NCBI RefSeq assembly: GCF_017876815.1
Contig: NZ_JAGIOS010000001.1
Coordinates: 1,770,001 to 1,802,000, forward strand
Direction: 5' to 3'
From: Sinorhizobium meliloti
Lineage (GTDB): Bacteria > Pseudomonadota > Alphaproteobacteria > Rhizobiales > Rhizobiaceae
DNA: 32,000 nucleotides
Every line of letters begins with the position of its first letter. Position 1 is the stretch's first letter. Made by a program: the position numbers and the translations under genes. This document shows, piece after piece, positions 1 through 8,734 of this stretch. Under the pieces are notes generated by a model. It did not search any database and had not been told where the DNA came from. It was given only the letters and a program-made list of their open reading frames with translations.

Positions 1-1
1 T

Positions 2-232
2 GCCGACACGCAGGCCGCGGTCATCATGAAGGTCGGCCGAAACCTGCCGAAGATCCGCCGGGCGCTGGCGGCGGCAGGCAGGCTCGAGGCGGCCGTCTAT
101 GTCGAGCGCGGCACCATGAGGAATGCAGCGATGGTTCCGCTCGGCGAGAAGCCGGACGACGAGGCGCCCTATTTCTCGCTGGTGCTCGTTCCAGGCTGGA
201 AGGACAGGCCCGGATCGGAGGGCAGGGCATGA
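2..232 (+). CDS. cobI: precorrin-2 C20-methyltransferase, C-terminal fragment (5' end lies outside the window)
   Basis: The frame is open from the window edge (codons start at nt 2). The C-terminal sequence ...VIMKVGRNLPKIRRALAAAGRLEAAVYVERGTM...APYFSLVLVPGW resembles CobI/CbiL-type methyltransferase tails. The TGA stop overlaps the cobJ ATG (ATGA at 229-232). Context is a cob cluster. Confidence 0.8.
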   Translation, partial: ADTQAAVIMKVGRNLPKIRRALAAAGRLEAAVYVERGTMRNAAMVPLGEKPDDEAPYFSLVLVPGWKDRPGSEGRA

Positions 233-993
233 CCGGAAAGCTCTTCATCGTCGGCACCGGCCCCGGCAATCCGGCACAAATGACCCCCGAGGCCGAAGAC
301 GCGATTGCGGTCGCTACCGAGTTCTTCGGCTACGGCCCATATCTCGATCGACTGCATCTTCGGGCTGATCAACGGCGCATCGCTTCGGACAACCGCGAGG
401 AGCTCGACCGCGCCCACGCAGCGCTCGCGCGCGCCGCAGCCGGGGCGGATGTCTGCGTCGTCTCCGGCGGCGATCCCGGCATCTTCGCGATGGCGGCCGC
501 CGTCTGCGAGGCGATCGACAAGGGGCCGCAGGAATGGCGTGAGGTCGATCTCACGATCACGCCCGGCGTCACCGCAATGCTCGCGGTCGCAGCCCGGATC
601 GGGGCACCGCTCGGACACGATTTCTGCGCCATGTCGCTTTCCGATAATCTGAAGCCCTGGGATGTCATCACCCGGCGGTTGAGGCTTGCCGCCGAAGCGG
701 GGCTCGTCATCGCGCTCTACAATCCGATCAGCAAGGCGCGTCCCTGGCAGCTCGGCGAGGCCTTCGAGGTACTGCGGCAGGTGCTGCCGGCCCAAGTTCC
801 GGTGATCTTCGGCCGCGCCGCCGGGCGGCCCGACGAGCGCATCGCGGTCATGCCGCTCGGCGAGGCCGACGCCGGCCGCGCCGACATGGCGACCTGCGTG
901 ATCATCGGTTCGCCGGAGACGCGCATCATCGCCCGCGAGGGAAAGCACGACCTCGTCTACACGCCGCGGTCCTTCACCGGAGAAAGCCATTGA
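229..993 (+). CDS. cobJ: precorrin-3B C17-methyltransferase
   Basis: 254-aa ORF. The N-terminus LFIVGTGPGNPAQMTPEA is the tetrapyrrole methylase (SAM-dependent) signature, and VVSGGDPGIFAMA is also present. It lies between cobI and cobK/cobL as in aerobic cob clusters. Confidence 0.9.
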   Translation: MTGKLFIVGTGPGNPAQMTPEAEDAIAVATEFFGYGPYLDRLHLRADQRRIASDNREELDRAHAALARAAAGADVCVVSGGDPGIFAMAAAVCEAIDKGPQEWREVDLTITPGVTAMLAVAARIGAPLGHDFCAMSLSDNLKPWDVITRRLRLAAEAGLVIALYNPISKARPWQLGEAFEVLRQVLPAQVPVIFGRAAGRPDERIAVMPLGEADAGRADMATCVIIGSPETRIIAREGKHDLVYTPRSFTGESH

Positions 994-1757
994 CGGATGC
1001 GTTCGAGCGCCTCGTCACAGTCGCCGACCGATTGAACGTCGGCAGGCTTGTGGCGCTCGACCATCACCACCTCGATCCCGAGCTGACGCGCCGCCGCTAT
1101 CTTGCCGTAGGTGGCCGCGCCGCCGCTGTTCTTGGCGACGATGACGTCGATCCCGTGACGTTCGAGCAGTTCTGTTTCGTCGGCCTGCGCAAAGGGGCCG
1201 GAGGCGAGGATGGCGGTGACATCCGGCAGATCGAGCGGCGGCATCACCGGATCGACGCTGCGCACGACGTAGCTGTGCTGCGGCGCCCTCTCGAAATGGA
1301 AAGCCTCCTGCCGGCCGATTGCCAGAAAGACGCGGCGCGGCGCCTCGCCCAATGCGGGAACCGCTTCCGCGACGCTTCCGACGCATGTCCATCGATCGCC
1401 GGGTTCTGCAGCCCAGGCGGGGCGGCGGAGCGCAAGGAGCGGCGTTCCGGTCATTTTAGCCGCTGCGGCTGCGTTGAGCGAGATGCGGGCGGCGAAGGGG
1501 TGCGTCGCATCGATCAGCAGGGCGATGTTTCGCTCGCGCAGGAAGACGGCGAGCCCTTCGGCGCCGCCGAAGCCGCCGGTGCGCGTAGGAAGCGGCTGCG
1601 GGCGGGGATCGGCGGTACGGCCGGCAAGCGAGATCGCCGTATCGTAATGGGGTTCGGAGACCAGGCGCTCTGCGAGCTGCCGCGCCTCGGTCGTTCCGCC
1701 CAGGATCAGAATGCGAGGTCTGCCCGTGGCTGACATGTCGAACAGTGGCTCGGCCAT
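957..1757 (-). CDS. cobK: precorrin-6A reductase
   Basis: The motif [18 protein letters not shown] and the length (~266 aa) are typical of CobK/CbiJ. The start was chosen at the ATG at 1757 (MAEPLFD...) because a GGGAG Shine-Dalgarno lies 6 nt upstream. Alternative in-frame ATGs at 1736, 1775 and 1835 lack one. Confidence 0.85.
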   Translation of the reverse strand: MAEPLFDMSATGRPRILILGGTTEARQLAERLVSEPHYDTAISLAGRTADPRPQPLPTRTGGFGGAEGLAVFLRERNIALLIDATHPFAARISLNAAAAAKMTGTPLLALRRPAWAAEPGDRWTCVGSVAEAVPALGEAPRRVFLAIGRQEAFHFERAPQHSYVVRSVDPVMPPLDLPDVTAILASGPFAQADETELLERHGIDVIVAKNSGGAATYGKIAAARQLGIEVVMVERHKPADVQSVGDCDEALERIRQWLSPVKDRGV

Positions 1758-2967
1758 CGTCGCTCCCTGGCTCATCGTGATCGGTATCGGAGAAGACGGT
1801 GTAGCCGGTCTCGGCGACGAGGCCAAGCGCCTCATTGAGGCCGCTCCCGTCGTCTTCGGCGGGGCCCGCCATTTGGAACTCGCTGCGCCGCTGATCGGTG
1901 GCGAACGCCATATCTGGCAGAGCCCGTTTGAAAGATCGGTGGAGGCGATCGTCGCCCGTCGCGGCAGCCCCGTCGTTGTGCTCGCCTCCGGCGATCCGTT
2001 TCTTTACGGCGTCGGCGCCACGCTGGCGCGCCGCGTAGATGCCGCGGAAATGCGCACCATCCCCGCGCCGTCCGCCTTCAGCCTCGCGGCTTCCCGGCTC
2101 GGCTGGCCGCTGCAGGAGGTCGCGACCGTTTCGCTGCACGGCCGTCCGCTCGATCTCATAAGGCCGCATCTTCAGCCGGGCGCGCGCGTCCTGACGCTGA
2201 CCTCGGACGAGAGCGGGCCGAAGGCGCTTGCCGGGCTGCTTGCAGAAAGCGGATTCGGTCAGTCACGGCTTACGGTTCTCGAGGCGCTCGGCGGCGCAGG
2301 CGAGCGTGTCTCCCGCCACCTCGCTTCCGGCTTCGCGATGGAGGAAATCAACGCGCTGAACGTCTGCGCGCTTGAGGTGGTGGCCGATGCCGATGCACGC
2401 GTTCTGACGCTTGCGAACGGCCTGGACGAGCGGCTTTTCGAGCACGACGGCCAGATCACCAAGCGGGAGGTGCGGGCGCTGACCCTCTCGGCACTCGCGC
2501 CGCGCAAGGGCGAACTCCTCTGGGACATCGGCGCCGGATCAGGCTCGATCGCGATCGAATGGATGCTTGCCGATCCGGCGATGCGCGCCGTCGCCGTAGA
2601 GGCGTCGTCCGAACGGGCTGCGCGGATCGGCCGCAATGCGGTCCGCTTCGGCGTTCCGGGGCTTGTGGTCGTCGAAGGGCAGGCGCCGGAGGCGCTGCGA
2701 GGGCTTCCGCGGCCGGACGTGATCTTCATCGGCGGCGGCGGCAGCGAGCCCGGCGTGATGGAGGCGGCGATTGCAGCGCTCGCGCCCGGCGGACGTCTCG
2801 TGGCCAATGCCGTGACGACGGAGATGGAAGCGGTGCTGCTCGCCCGACATGCGCAGTTCGGCGGCTCGCTGATCCGCATCGACATCGCCCGGGCCTCGCC
2901 CGTCGGCGCCATGACGGGCTGGCGGCCGGCCATGCCGGTCACGCAATGGTCGTGGATAAAGGCGTGA
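1711..2967 (+). CDS. cobL: precorrin-6Y C5,15-methyltransferase (decarboxylating), fused CbiE/CbiT-type
   Basis: 418-aa [14 protein letters not shown] marks the N-terminal methylase domain, and the C-terminal half has the SAM-binding motif [18 protein letters not shown] 1711 has an AGGA 5 nt upstream. The alternative ATG at 1735 (MSNSGSAIV...) is also possible. Confidence 0.88.
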   Translation: MRGLPVADMSNSGSAIVAPWLIVIGIGEDGVAGLGDEAKRLIEAAPVVFGGARHLELAAPLIGGERHIWQSPFERSVEAIVARRGSPVVVLASGDPFLYGVGATLARRVDAAEMRTIPAPSAFSLAASRLGWPLQEVATVSLHGRPLDLIRPHLQPGARVLTLTSDESGPKALAGLLAESGFGQSRLTVLEALGGAGERVSRHLASGFAMEEINALNVCALEVVADADARVLTLANGLDERLFEHDGQITKREVRALTLSALAPRKGELLWDIGAGSGSIAIEWMLADPAMRAVAVEASSERAARIGRNAVRFGVPGLVVVEGQAPEALRGLPRPDVIFIGGGGSEPGVMEAAIAALAPGGRLVANAVTTEMEAVLLARHAQFGGSLIRIDIARASPVGAMTGWRPAMPVTQWSWIKA

Positions 2968-3005
2968 GCCGATCTTCGAACCATGCTTTTTCGAGAGGAC
3001 AGATC

Positions 3006-3764
3006 ATGACGGTTCATTTCATCGGCGCAGGCCCGGGCGCGGCAGACCTCATCACGGTCAGGGGCAGGGACCTGATTGGCCGCTGCCCCGTCTGCCTCTA
3101 CGCCGGTTCGATCGTATCGCCCGAGCTCTTGCAATATTGCCCGCCGGGCGCCCGCATTATCGATACGGCGCCGATGTCGCTCGACGAGATCGAGGCGGAA
3201 TATGTCCGCGCCGCCGAAGCCGGCGAGGATGTCGCCCGGCTGCATTCCGGCGATCTCTCCGTCTGGAGCGCGGTGGCAGAACAGATCCGCCGGCTGGAGA
3301 AGAATGGGATCGCCTACACGATGACGCCGGGCGTCCCCGCCTTCGCTGCCGCTGCCGCGACGCTCGGCCGCGAGCTGACGATCCCGGCGGTCGCGCAGAG
3401 CCTGGTGCTGACCCGAGTCTCCGGTCGTGCCTCGCCGATGCCGAACAGCGAGACGCTCGCCGCCTTCGGAGCCACCGGTTCGACGCTTGCGATCCATCTT
3501 GCGATTCACGCGCTTGGTCAGGTGGTCGAGGAGCTGACGCCGCTTTACGGCGCCGACTGCCCGGTCGCGATCGTGGTCAAGGCTTCCTGGCCGGACGAGC
3601 GCGTCGTCCGCGGCACGCTCGGCGACATCGCAGCCAGGGTTGCGGCGGAACCGATCGAACGCACTGCGCTGATCTTCGTCGGACCGGGCCTGGAAGCATC
3701 GGATTTCCGCGAGAGCTCGCTCTACGACCCGACCTATCAGCGCCGGTTCCGCGGGCGCGATTGA
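3006..3764 (+). CDS. cobM: precorrin-4 C11-methyltransferase
   Basis: [20 protein letters not shown]... is a tetrapyrrole methylase signature; the protein is 252 aa. GAGAGGA lies upstream of ATG 3006. The longer ORF in the track (from 2559) overlaps cobL in another frame and has an Arg-rich, non-protein-like N-terminus. Confidence 0.92.
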   Translation: MTVHFIGAGPGAADLITVRGRDLIGRCPVCLYAGSIVSPELLQYCPPGARIIDTAPMSLDEIEAEYVRAAEAGEDVARLHSGDLSVWSAVAEQIRRLEKNGIAYTMTPGVPAFAAAAATLGRELTIPAVAQSLVLTRVSGRASPMPNSETLAAFGATGSTLAIHLAIHALGQVVEELTPLYGADCPVAIVVKASWPDERVVRGTLGDIAARVAAEPIERTALIFVGPGLEASDFRESSLYDPTYQRRFRGRD

Positions 3765-3808
3765 ACGGGCGGGCATCGTTCAAAGTGCCACAGCGGAAAG
3801 TCGGCTGA

Positions 3809-4741
3809 TCATTGCCCGTTCGGCGAACGGTCCATTCCCGGGAGCTTGCCGATCTCATTTGCGAGGAAGTCGATGAGAAGGCGGACCCGGGAGATGCCGG
3901 CGCGTTCCGGTACGATCAGCATGTTGAGCGGCACGGAAGGAAGCGAATAGCCGGGCAGCACCGCCTCGATCCTTCCGGCCTCCAGAAGATCGCCGACAAG
4001 CCATCGATGCGCTGGCACGATTCCGCGTCCGGCGATGAGCGCTTCGCGCACGGCCAGGCCATGGTCCACTCTCAAGCGCCCGCCGAAGGGGACGGCGTGG
4101 TACTTGCCATCCCGCCCCTGCAGGGCGAGTGTTTCGCTGCCTGACACATTCGACATCCGGATGCCTTCGTGCCCGATGAGCTCCTGCGGAGTGGCCGGTC
4201 TTCCGCGCTCCGCGAGGTAGGCCGGCGCTGCCACCAGCAGCCGTCGGCTTTGGCCAAGCGCTTTCATCCGCATCGAACTGTCGCTGACAGGCCCCAGGCG
4301 GATCGCCACATCAATCCCCTCCCGCACGAGGTCGACGCGCTCATCGCTGAGGCTCAGGTCGATGCCGATCTCCGGAAAAAGGTCCTGAAAGGCGAAGATC
4401 AGCCGGCTGACATGCAGCACGCCGAAAGCCGCCGTGCAGGAGACCCGGATCGTACCGGCTTGAGCGCCGCGCGTGCCGCGCACCTCATCGCTGGCCTGCT
4501 CGACCAGACGCAGGATCTCGACGCTTCGGGCGTAATAGCGGCTGCCTTCGTCAGTCATCATGACGCGCCGGGTCGTCCTGCTCAGCAAAGGCACGCCCAC
4601 GGCCTCCTCAAGCTCGCGCAGGTGGCGTGTTACGGTCGATTGACCTACTCCGAGTTCGCGCGCGACAGCACTGAGACTCCCACGCTCCGCCACGCGGGCG
4701 AAGGTGCGCATGCGCTCCAAGGTGATGTCAGATTTATCCAT
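3809..4741 (-). CDS. LysR-family transcriptional regulator
   Basis: The N-terminal winged HTH (FARVAERGSLSAVARELGVGQSTVTRHLRELEE) is followed by an LTTR substrate-binding domain. The 310-aa length is typical. It is divergent from the oxidoreductase gene. Confidence 0.92.
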   Translation of the reverse strand: MDKSDITLERMRTFARVAERGSLSAVARELGVGQSTVTRHLRELEEAVGVPLLSRTTRRVMMTDEGSRYYARSVEILRLVEQASDEVRGTRGAQAGTIRVSCTAAFGVLHVSRLIFAFQDLFPEIGIDLSLSDERVDLVREGIDVAIRLGPVSDSSMRMKALGQSRRLLVAAPAYLAERGRPATPQELIGHEGIRMSNVSGSETLALQGRDGKYHAVPFGGRLRVDHGLAVREALIAGRGIVPAHRWLVGDLLEAGRIEAVLPGYSLPSVPLNMLIVPERAGISRVRLLIDFLANEIGKLPGMDRSPNGQ

Positions 4742-4747
4742 TATTTG

Positions 4748-4761
4748 GCATAATCTTATGC
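4748..4761. promoter_or_regulatory. candidate LysR-type binding dyad GCATAA-TC-TTATGC (contains a T-N11-A)
   Basis: A perfect 6+6 bp inverted repeat lies in the 92-bp divergent intergenic region. It is 7 nt upstream of the LysR ATG and about 73-86 nt upstream of the oxidoreductase ATG, the usual position of an LTTR recognition site. Confidence 0.4.
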
Positions 4762-4833
4762 ATTCTCCAGAGGTAGCGGATTAGACGAGCGTTGGCTACC
4801 TAGAGGTTCGAAATCTCACCAGGAGAATGATCC

Positions 4834-5646
4834 ATGAAAATCCTGCTCGTCTTTGCCCACCCGGAATCGCGCTCGCTCAACGGAGCGCTCCGCGACGTCG
4901 CGATCGAGGAGCTCACGGCCCAAGGTCACGAAGTGCGGGTCTCGGATCTCTATGCCGACGGTTGGAAATCCGAAGTCGGTCACGCCGACTTCCCTCTCCT
5001 GCCGCCGGATGCGCGGCTCGTGCCGGTCGCGGCGTCCAAGACGGCCTTCGAAGCCGGCGCTTTGACGGAAGATGTAAAGGCGGAGATCGAAAAGCTGCTG
5101 TGGGCGGACGTTCTGATTCTTCAATTCCCGCTCTGGTGGTTTTCCATGCCTGCCATTCTCAAGGGCTGGGTCGACCGGGTGTTTGCCTACGGCTTCGCCT
5201 ATGGCGTCGGCGAACATAGCGACAAGCGCTGGGGCGACCGCTATGGCGAAGGCAGCCTGGCAGGCAAGCGCGCGATGCTGATCGTCACCGCCGGCGGTTG
5301 GGAAGAGCACTATTCCGCCCGCGGGGTGAACGGACCAATCGACGACCTTCTGTTCCCGATCAATCACGGCATCCTCTATTATCCCGGCTATGACGTGCTT
5401 CCTCCCTTCGTGGCTTATCGCGCCGATCGCCTCGACGAAGCCGGATTCACTGAGGTCGCTGAGGGTCTTCGCGAAAGGATGCGGACGATCGGGACCGTGT
5501 CACCCATTCCCTATCGGCAGCAGAATGGCGGAGATTATCTCATTCCGAGCATGCAGCTCCGCCCCGGACTGGGAGATCCGGCTGCGCCCAGCTTTGCCCT
5601 TCACCTCAATGAGACGCGGGAGGCCCTCCGTCAGGCGGGCGAGTAG
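4834..5646 (+). CDS. NAD(P)H:quinone oxidoreductase, NQO1/DT-diaphorase-like (Flavodoxin_2 family)
   Basis: ILLVFAHPESRSLNGAL and LQFPLWWFSMPAILKGWVDRVF closely parallel the human NQO1 motifs ([31 protein letters not shown], recalled from memory). The 270-aa length matches full-length NQO1-type enzymes. AGGAG lies 8 nt upstream of the ATG. Confidence 0.88.
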   Translation: MKILLVFAHPESRSLNGALRDVAIEELTAQGHEVRVSDLYADGWKSEVGHADFPLLPPDARLVPVAASKTAFEAGALTEDVKAEIEKLLWADVLILQFPLWWFSMPAILKGWVDRVFAYGFAYGVGEHSDKRWGDRYGEGSLAGKRAMLIVTAGGWEEHYSARGVNGPIDDLLFPINHGILYYPGYDVLPPFVAYRADRLDEAGFTEVAEGLRERMRTIGTVSPIPYRQQNGGDYLIPSMQLRPGLGDPAAPSFALHLNETREALRQAGE

Positions 5647-6012
5647 CTATTCTTCACCCGGCGCGGGCTTCTGCTTACGCGGCACGCCCTGCTGTTCCTC
5701 GAAGCGGTCGCGGTAGAGGGTCGCCTGGCCAAGCAGCATCAGGGTCACGGGCGTCGTCACCGTCACGAAGAAGATGATGAGAACTTCGTGGAATACCCAG
5801 CGGCTCTGCAAGACCGCGAAGCAGAGGATCGAGGCGAGGCAGAGGAGGATGGTGCCGCCGCTGGTCGCGATCGTCGGGGCGTGCAGGCGCGCGTAGAAAT
5901 CCGGCAGGCGCAGGAGTCCGAGCGATCCGATCAGGGTGGTGGCGGCGCCGACGAGCATCAGCCCGCAGACGAGGAGCGCCGCCCATGGCGGAAGGTCGGT
6001 CAGATGGCTCAT
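5647..6012 (-). CDS. phaG: monovalent cation/H+ antiporter subunit G
   Basis: 121 aa with three predicted TM helices and the motif LRLPDFYARLHAPT typical of MnhG/MrpG/PhaG. The start overlaps the phaF stop (ATGA). Confidence 0.9.
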   Translation of the reverse strand: MSHLTDLPPWAALLVCGLMLVGAATTLIGSLGLLRLPDFYARLHAPTIATSGGTILLCLASILCFAVLQSRWVFHEVLIIFFVTVTTPVTLMLLGQATLYRDRFEEQQGVPRKQKPAPGEE

Positions 6013-6290
6013 TCGATCACCTCGCCGCGCATGAGGAACTTTGCCAGCGCGATCGACGAGGCGAAGCCGATCACAGCGATGATCAGCGCCGTTTCGAAAT
6101 AGACCGTATTCGCCGTGCGGATACCGAAGGTGATGAGCATCAGCATCGCATTGATGTAGAGCGTGTCGAGACCGAGAATGCGGTCCTGGGCCCTCGGTCC
6201 TCTGGCCATTCGGTAGAGCGCGAAGGCCATGGCCAGCGCAAGCATGGTCTGTGCGACGAGCACGGACCAGACGACGGCAAGCTCCATCAT
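6009..6290 (-). CDS. phaF: monovalent cation/H+ antiporter subunit F
   Basis: A small hydrophobic protein (MMELAVVWSVLVAQTML...) in the expected position for subunit F. ATG 6290 overlaps the phaE stop (ATGA). The longer track ORF (to 6341) would overlap phaE by 55 nt. Confidence 0.85.
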   Translation of the reverse strand: MMELAVVWSVLVAQTMLALAMAFALYRMARGPRAQDRILGLDTLYINAMLMLITFGIRTANTVYFETALIIAVIGFASSIALAKFLMRGEVIE

Positions 6291-6772
6291 TCGAATATCT
6301 CCTTCAAGTCGGCCGCATAGCGCGTGATCGTTTTCCGCCACAGGTCCTCGTTTTCGATGTCGAGTACGTGGAAGAGCAGGATCTTCTGGCGACGATCATA
6401 TTCGAGCCATGCGGTGCCCGGCGTCGCCGTGACGACGCAGGCGAGCAGCGCCAGGGCGTTCTCGTCGTCGAGATCGAGGCTGACCGTCATGAAGCCCGCA
6501 TTAACCGGACGCCTGCCTGCGCGCAGGATGATCAGCGTGACGGCGATATTGGAGCGGATGACGTCGCCGACGACGCGCAGGATGAATCCGGCGATCCGGC
6601 TCCAGCGATGGAGACGCGAGCGGGCGGGCTGCAGGTTGAGCGTCACCCATGCGAGAACCGTGCTGACCACCAGGCCGAGGACGATAGAGCCCGGCGTCAC
6701 GGACTGGCTCAGAAGCAGCCACATGAGGAGGAGCGCGATCGAGAGCAGCGGGTAGGGGAACCAGGTACGCAT
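6287..6772 (-). CDS. phaE: monovalent cation/H+ antiporter subunit E
   Basis: 161 aa with a hydrophobic N-terminus and a soluble C-terminal part, in the conserved operon position between the D and F subunits. It starts 2 nt after the phaD stop. Confidence 0.85.
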   Translation of the reverse strand: MRTWFPYPLLSIALLLMWLLLSQSVTPGSIVLGLVVSTVLAWVTLNLQPARSRLHRWSRIAGFILRVVGDVIRSNIAVTLIILRAGRRPVNAGFMTVSLDLDDENALALLACVVTATPGTAWLEYDRRQKILLFHVLDIENEDLWRKTITRYAADLKEIFE

Positions 6773-6774
6773 CG

Positions 6775-8394
6775 CTACTGGCTCCCGGCCCGCGGCGCCG
6801 AAAGCACGCGCTCGCTGTGGGTGAGCGGCGCGAGCAGATCGTCAGCCGTCGCCTGCATGTAGCGCATCGCGGGTCCTGCCTGCAGGCTCAGGAAGATGCA
6901 GGCGCCGAGCAGGACGACGACCGGCGTGATCTCGATCACGACGACCCGCGGGATCGTACCCTCGATCGACGCCCAGAAGGTTCGGATGCCGATGCGGTTC
7001 ATCGCGATCATGGCGGCGAGACCGGACAGGATGAGGAGAGTGACATAGGTCCAGTCGGCGGCGGACATTGCGGTCGCGAGCTCGGCGGCCGGCATGTCGA
7101 AGAGGCCGCTGATGAGCGCGAATTTGGCGATGAAGCCGGAGAGAGGCGGCAGGCCGGCGAGCAGCAGGGCACAGAGGCAGAAGCAGAGGCCGAGAACGGC
7201 CATTGTGCCGGGAATGGCGGCGCCGACCTCTTCCTCCTCCTCGTCCTCGTCGAAATCGCCATAGGCTTCCATCGTCACCGCCAGAACGTCGGCGCCGGCG
7301 TCCCGGCCGCGTTCGACGAGTTCGATCAGCAGGAAGAAGGCCCCGATCGTCAGTGTCGAGCTGACCAGATAGAAGAGTGCGCCGGCGAGCATTCCGTCGT
7401 GGCCGAGGCCGACCGCGGCGAGCAGCGTCCCCGAGGATACGAGAACGGAGTAGCCCGCAAGGCGGCCCATTGCCTGCGAGGCGAGTACGCCGATGCCGCC
7501 GAAGGCGATCGTCAGCATTCCCCCGGTGACGAGCCATTCCTGGCCGAAACCGGACGATGCGCCCGCCGCGGTGCCGAAGACGAGCAGATGCAGGCGGATG
7601 ATGACGTAGATGCCGACTTTGGTCAGGACCGCGAAGACGCCTGCGACCGGCGGCGTCGCCGCGGCATAGGCCGTCGGCAGCCAGAAGCTGAGCGGCCACA
7701 TGCCCGCCTTGACGAGGAAGGCGACGCCGAGGATGGCCGAGCCCATTTCGACGAGCGTTCTGCTTCTGGGTTCGAGGGCTGCGAGCTTCGTTGCGAGGTC
7801 GGCCATGTTGAGCGTGCCGGCGGCGCCGTAGATCAGGCTGACGCCGATCAGGAACAGCGCCGAGGCGGCGAGGTTGACGGCGATATAATGCAGCCCCGCC
7901 TTCACGCGCAGAGGACCGGAGCCGTGCAGGAGCAGGCCGTAGGAGGCGGCCAGCATCATCTCGAAGAAGACGAAGAGATTGAAGAGGTCGCCCGTGAGAA
8001 ATGCGCCGTTGAGACCGGCTACGAGAAGCTGGAACAGCGAATGGAAGTGATGCCCCGCCGTGTGCCACCGCGCCATGGAATAGGCCTGCGCGGCGAGTGC
8101 AAGGCCGCTCGTCAGGCACAGCATCAGGGCCGACAGGCGGTCGAGCACGAGGACGATACCGAAGGGGGCGGGCCAGTTGCCGAGCTGATAGACCCCTGAT
8201 CCGGGGAGGCTGCCGGTGCCGGCCGCGGCAAGTCGCATGAGGATCATCGAGAGGATGAAGACGACGAGCGTGGACGCGAAGCCGATGGCCCCCTTCAATG
8301 TCCGGTCGCGCTCGTTGATCGGGATCAGCACCGCGGCCACGGCAAGCGGCAGGAGGATCGGCAGGATGAGAAGATGATCGAGCCAATCAGTCAC
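6775..8394 (-). CDS. phaD: monovalent cation/H+ antiporter subunit D (NuoM/N-like)
   Basis: A large polytopic protein with NADH-quinone oxidoreductase chain M/N-like motifs (FNLFVFFEMMLAASYGLL, WLPTAYAAATPPV). The GTG at 8394 is preceded by AGGGAG with a 7-nt spacer and overlaps the phaC stop by 8 nt. The in-frame ATG at 8418 has no SD. Confidence 0.88.
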   Translation of the reverse strand: MTDWLDHLLILPILLPLAVAAVLIPINERDRTLKGAIGFASTLVVFILSMILMRLAAAGTGSLPGSGVYQLGNWPAPFGIVLVLDRLSALMLCLTSGLALAAQAYSMARWHTAGHHFHSLFQLLVAGLNGAFLTGDLFNLFVFFEMMLAASYGLLLHGSGPLRVKAGLHYIAVNLAASALFLIGVSLIYGAAGTLNMADLATKLAALEPRSRTLVEMGSAILGVAFLVKAGMWPLSFWLPTAYAAATPPVAGVFAVLTKVGIYVIIRLHLLVFGTAAGASSGFGQEWLVTGGMLTIAFGGIGVLASQAMGRLAGYSVLVSSGTLLAAVGLGHDGMLAGALFYLVSSTLTIGAFFLLIELVERGRDAGADVLAVTMEAYGDFDEDEEEEEVGAAIPGTMAVLGLCFCLCALLLAGLPPLSGFIAKFALISGLFDMPAAELATAMSAADWTYVTLLILSGLAAMIAMNRIGIRTFWASIEGTIPRVVVIEITPVVVLLGACIFLSLQAGPAMRYMQATADDLLAPLTHSERVLSAPRAGSQ

Positions 8395-8734
8395 CGCGCT
8401 GCTCCCTTCCGTCCACATGGTCGGTTCCGGTGAAGCCGCGGGAGGCGAGGAGCACCACGAGGAAAAGTGCGGTCATGGCGAAGCCGATGACGATCGCCGT
8501 CAGCACCAGTGCCTGCGGCACCGGATCGGTATAACGGGCGAGATCGCCGACGCCGCCTGGATCGAGGATCGGCGGGGCGTTCACCCGCAACCGGCCCATG
8601 CCGAAGATGAAGAGATTGACGGCGAAGGAGAGCAGCGAAAGCCCGATGATCACCTGGTATGTTCGCGGCCTCAGGAGAAGATAGACGCCCGATGCGGTCA
8701 GCGTGCCGATCCCGGCCGAAAGAATGAGTTCCAT
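8387..8734 (-). CDS. phaC: monovalent cation/H+ antiporter subunit C (NuoK-like)
   Basis: 115 aa with three TM helices, similar to NuoK/MnhC (LLSFAVNLFIF...). The ATG overlaps the phaAB TAA by 1 nt (TAATG). Confidence 0.9.
   Translation of the reverse strand: MELILSAGIGTLTASGVYLLLRPRTYQVIIGLSLLSFAVNLFIFGMGRLRVNAPPILDPGGVGDLARYTDPVPQALVLTAIVIGFAMTALFLVVLLASRGFTGTDHVDGREQRGD

Noticed and set aside
1-3764. A cobalamin riboswitch or other leader element controlling the cob genes.
   Set aside because: There is no non-coding stretch longer than about 40 nt in this part of the cluster. Any B12 riboswitch would lie upstream of the window.
3763-3830. Inverted repeats GAACGGGC (3763-3770) / GCCCGTTC (3814-3821) and CCGTTC-GGC-GAACGG (3816-3830) at the cobM/LysR convergent junction, considered as a bidirectional terminator.
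   Set aside because: The first pair is separated by 43 nt. The second lies inside the LysR coding sequence. No U tracts are present. The evidence is too weak to call as a feature.
4805-4815. GGTTCGAAATC, resembling a tRNA T-loop (GGTTCGAATC), considered as a possible tRNA gene or tRNA-derived attachment-site remnant.
   Set aside because: The flanks give only a 4-bp T-stem with a wobble. There is no acceptor stem, D-arm or anticodon arm. The segment is better explained as part of the oxidoreductase promoter and SD region. No integrase or direct repeat lies nearby.
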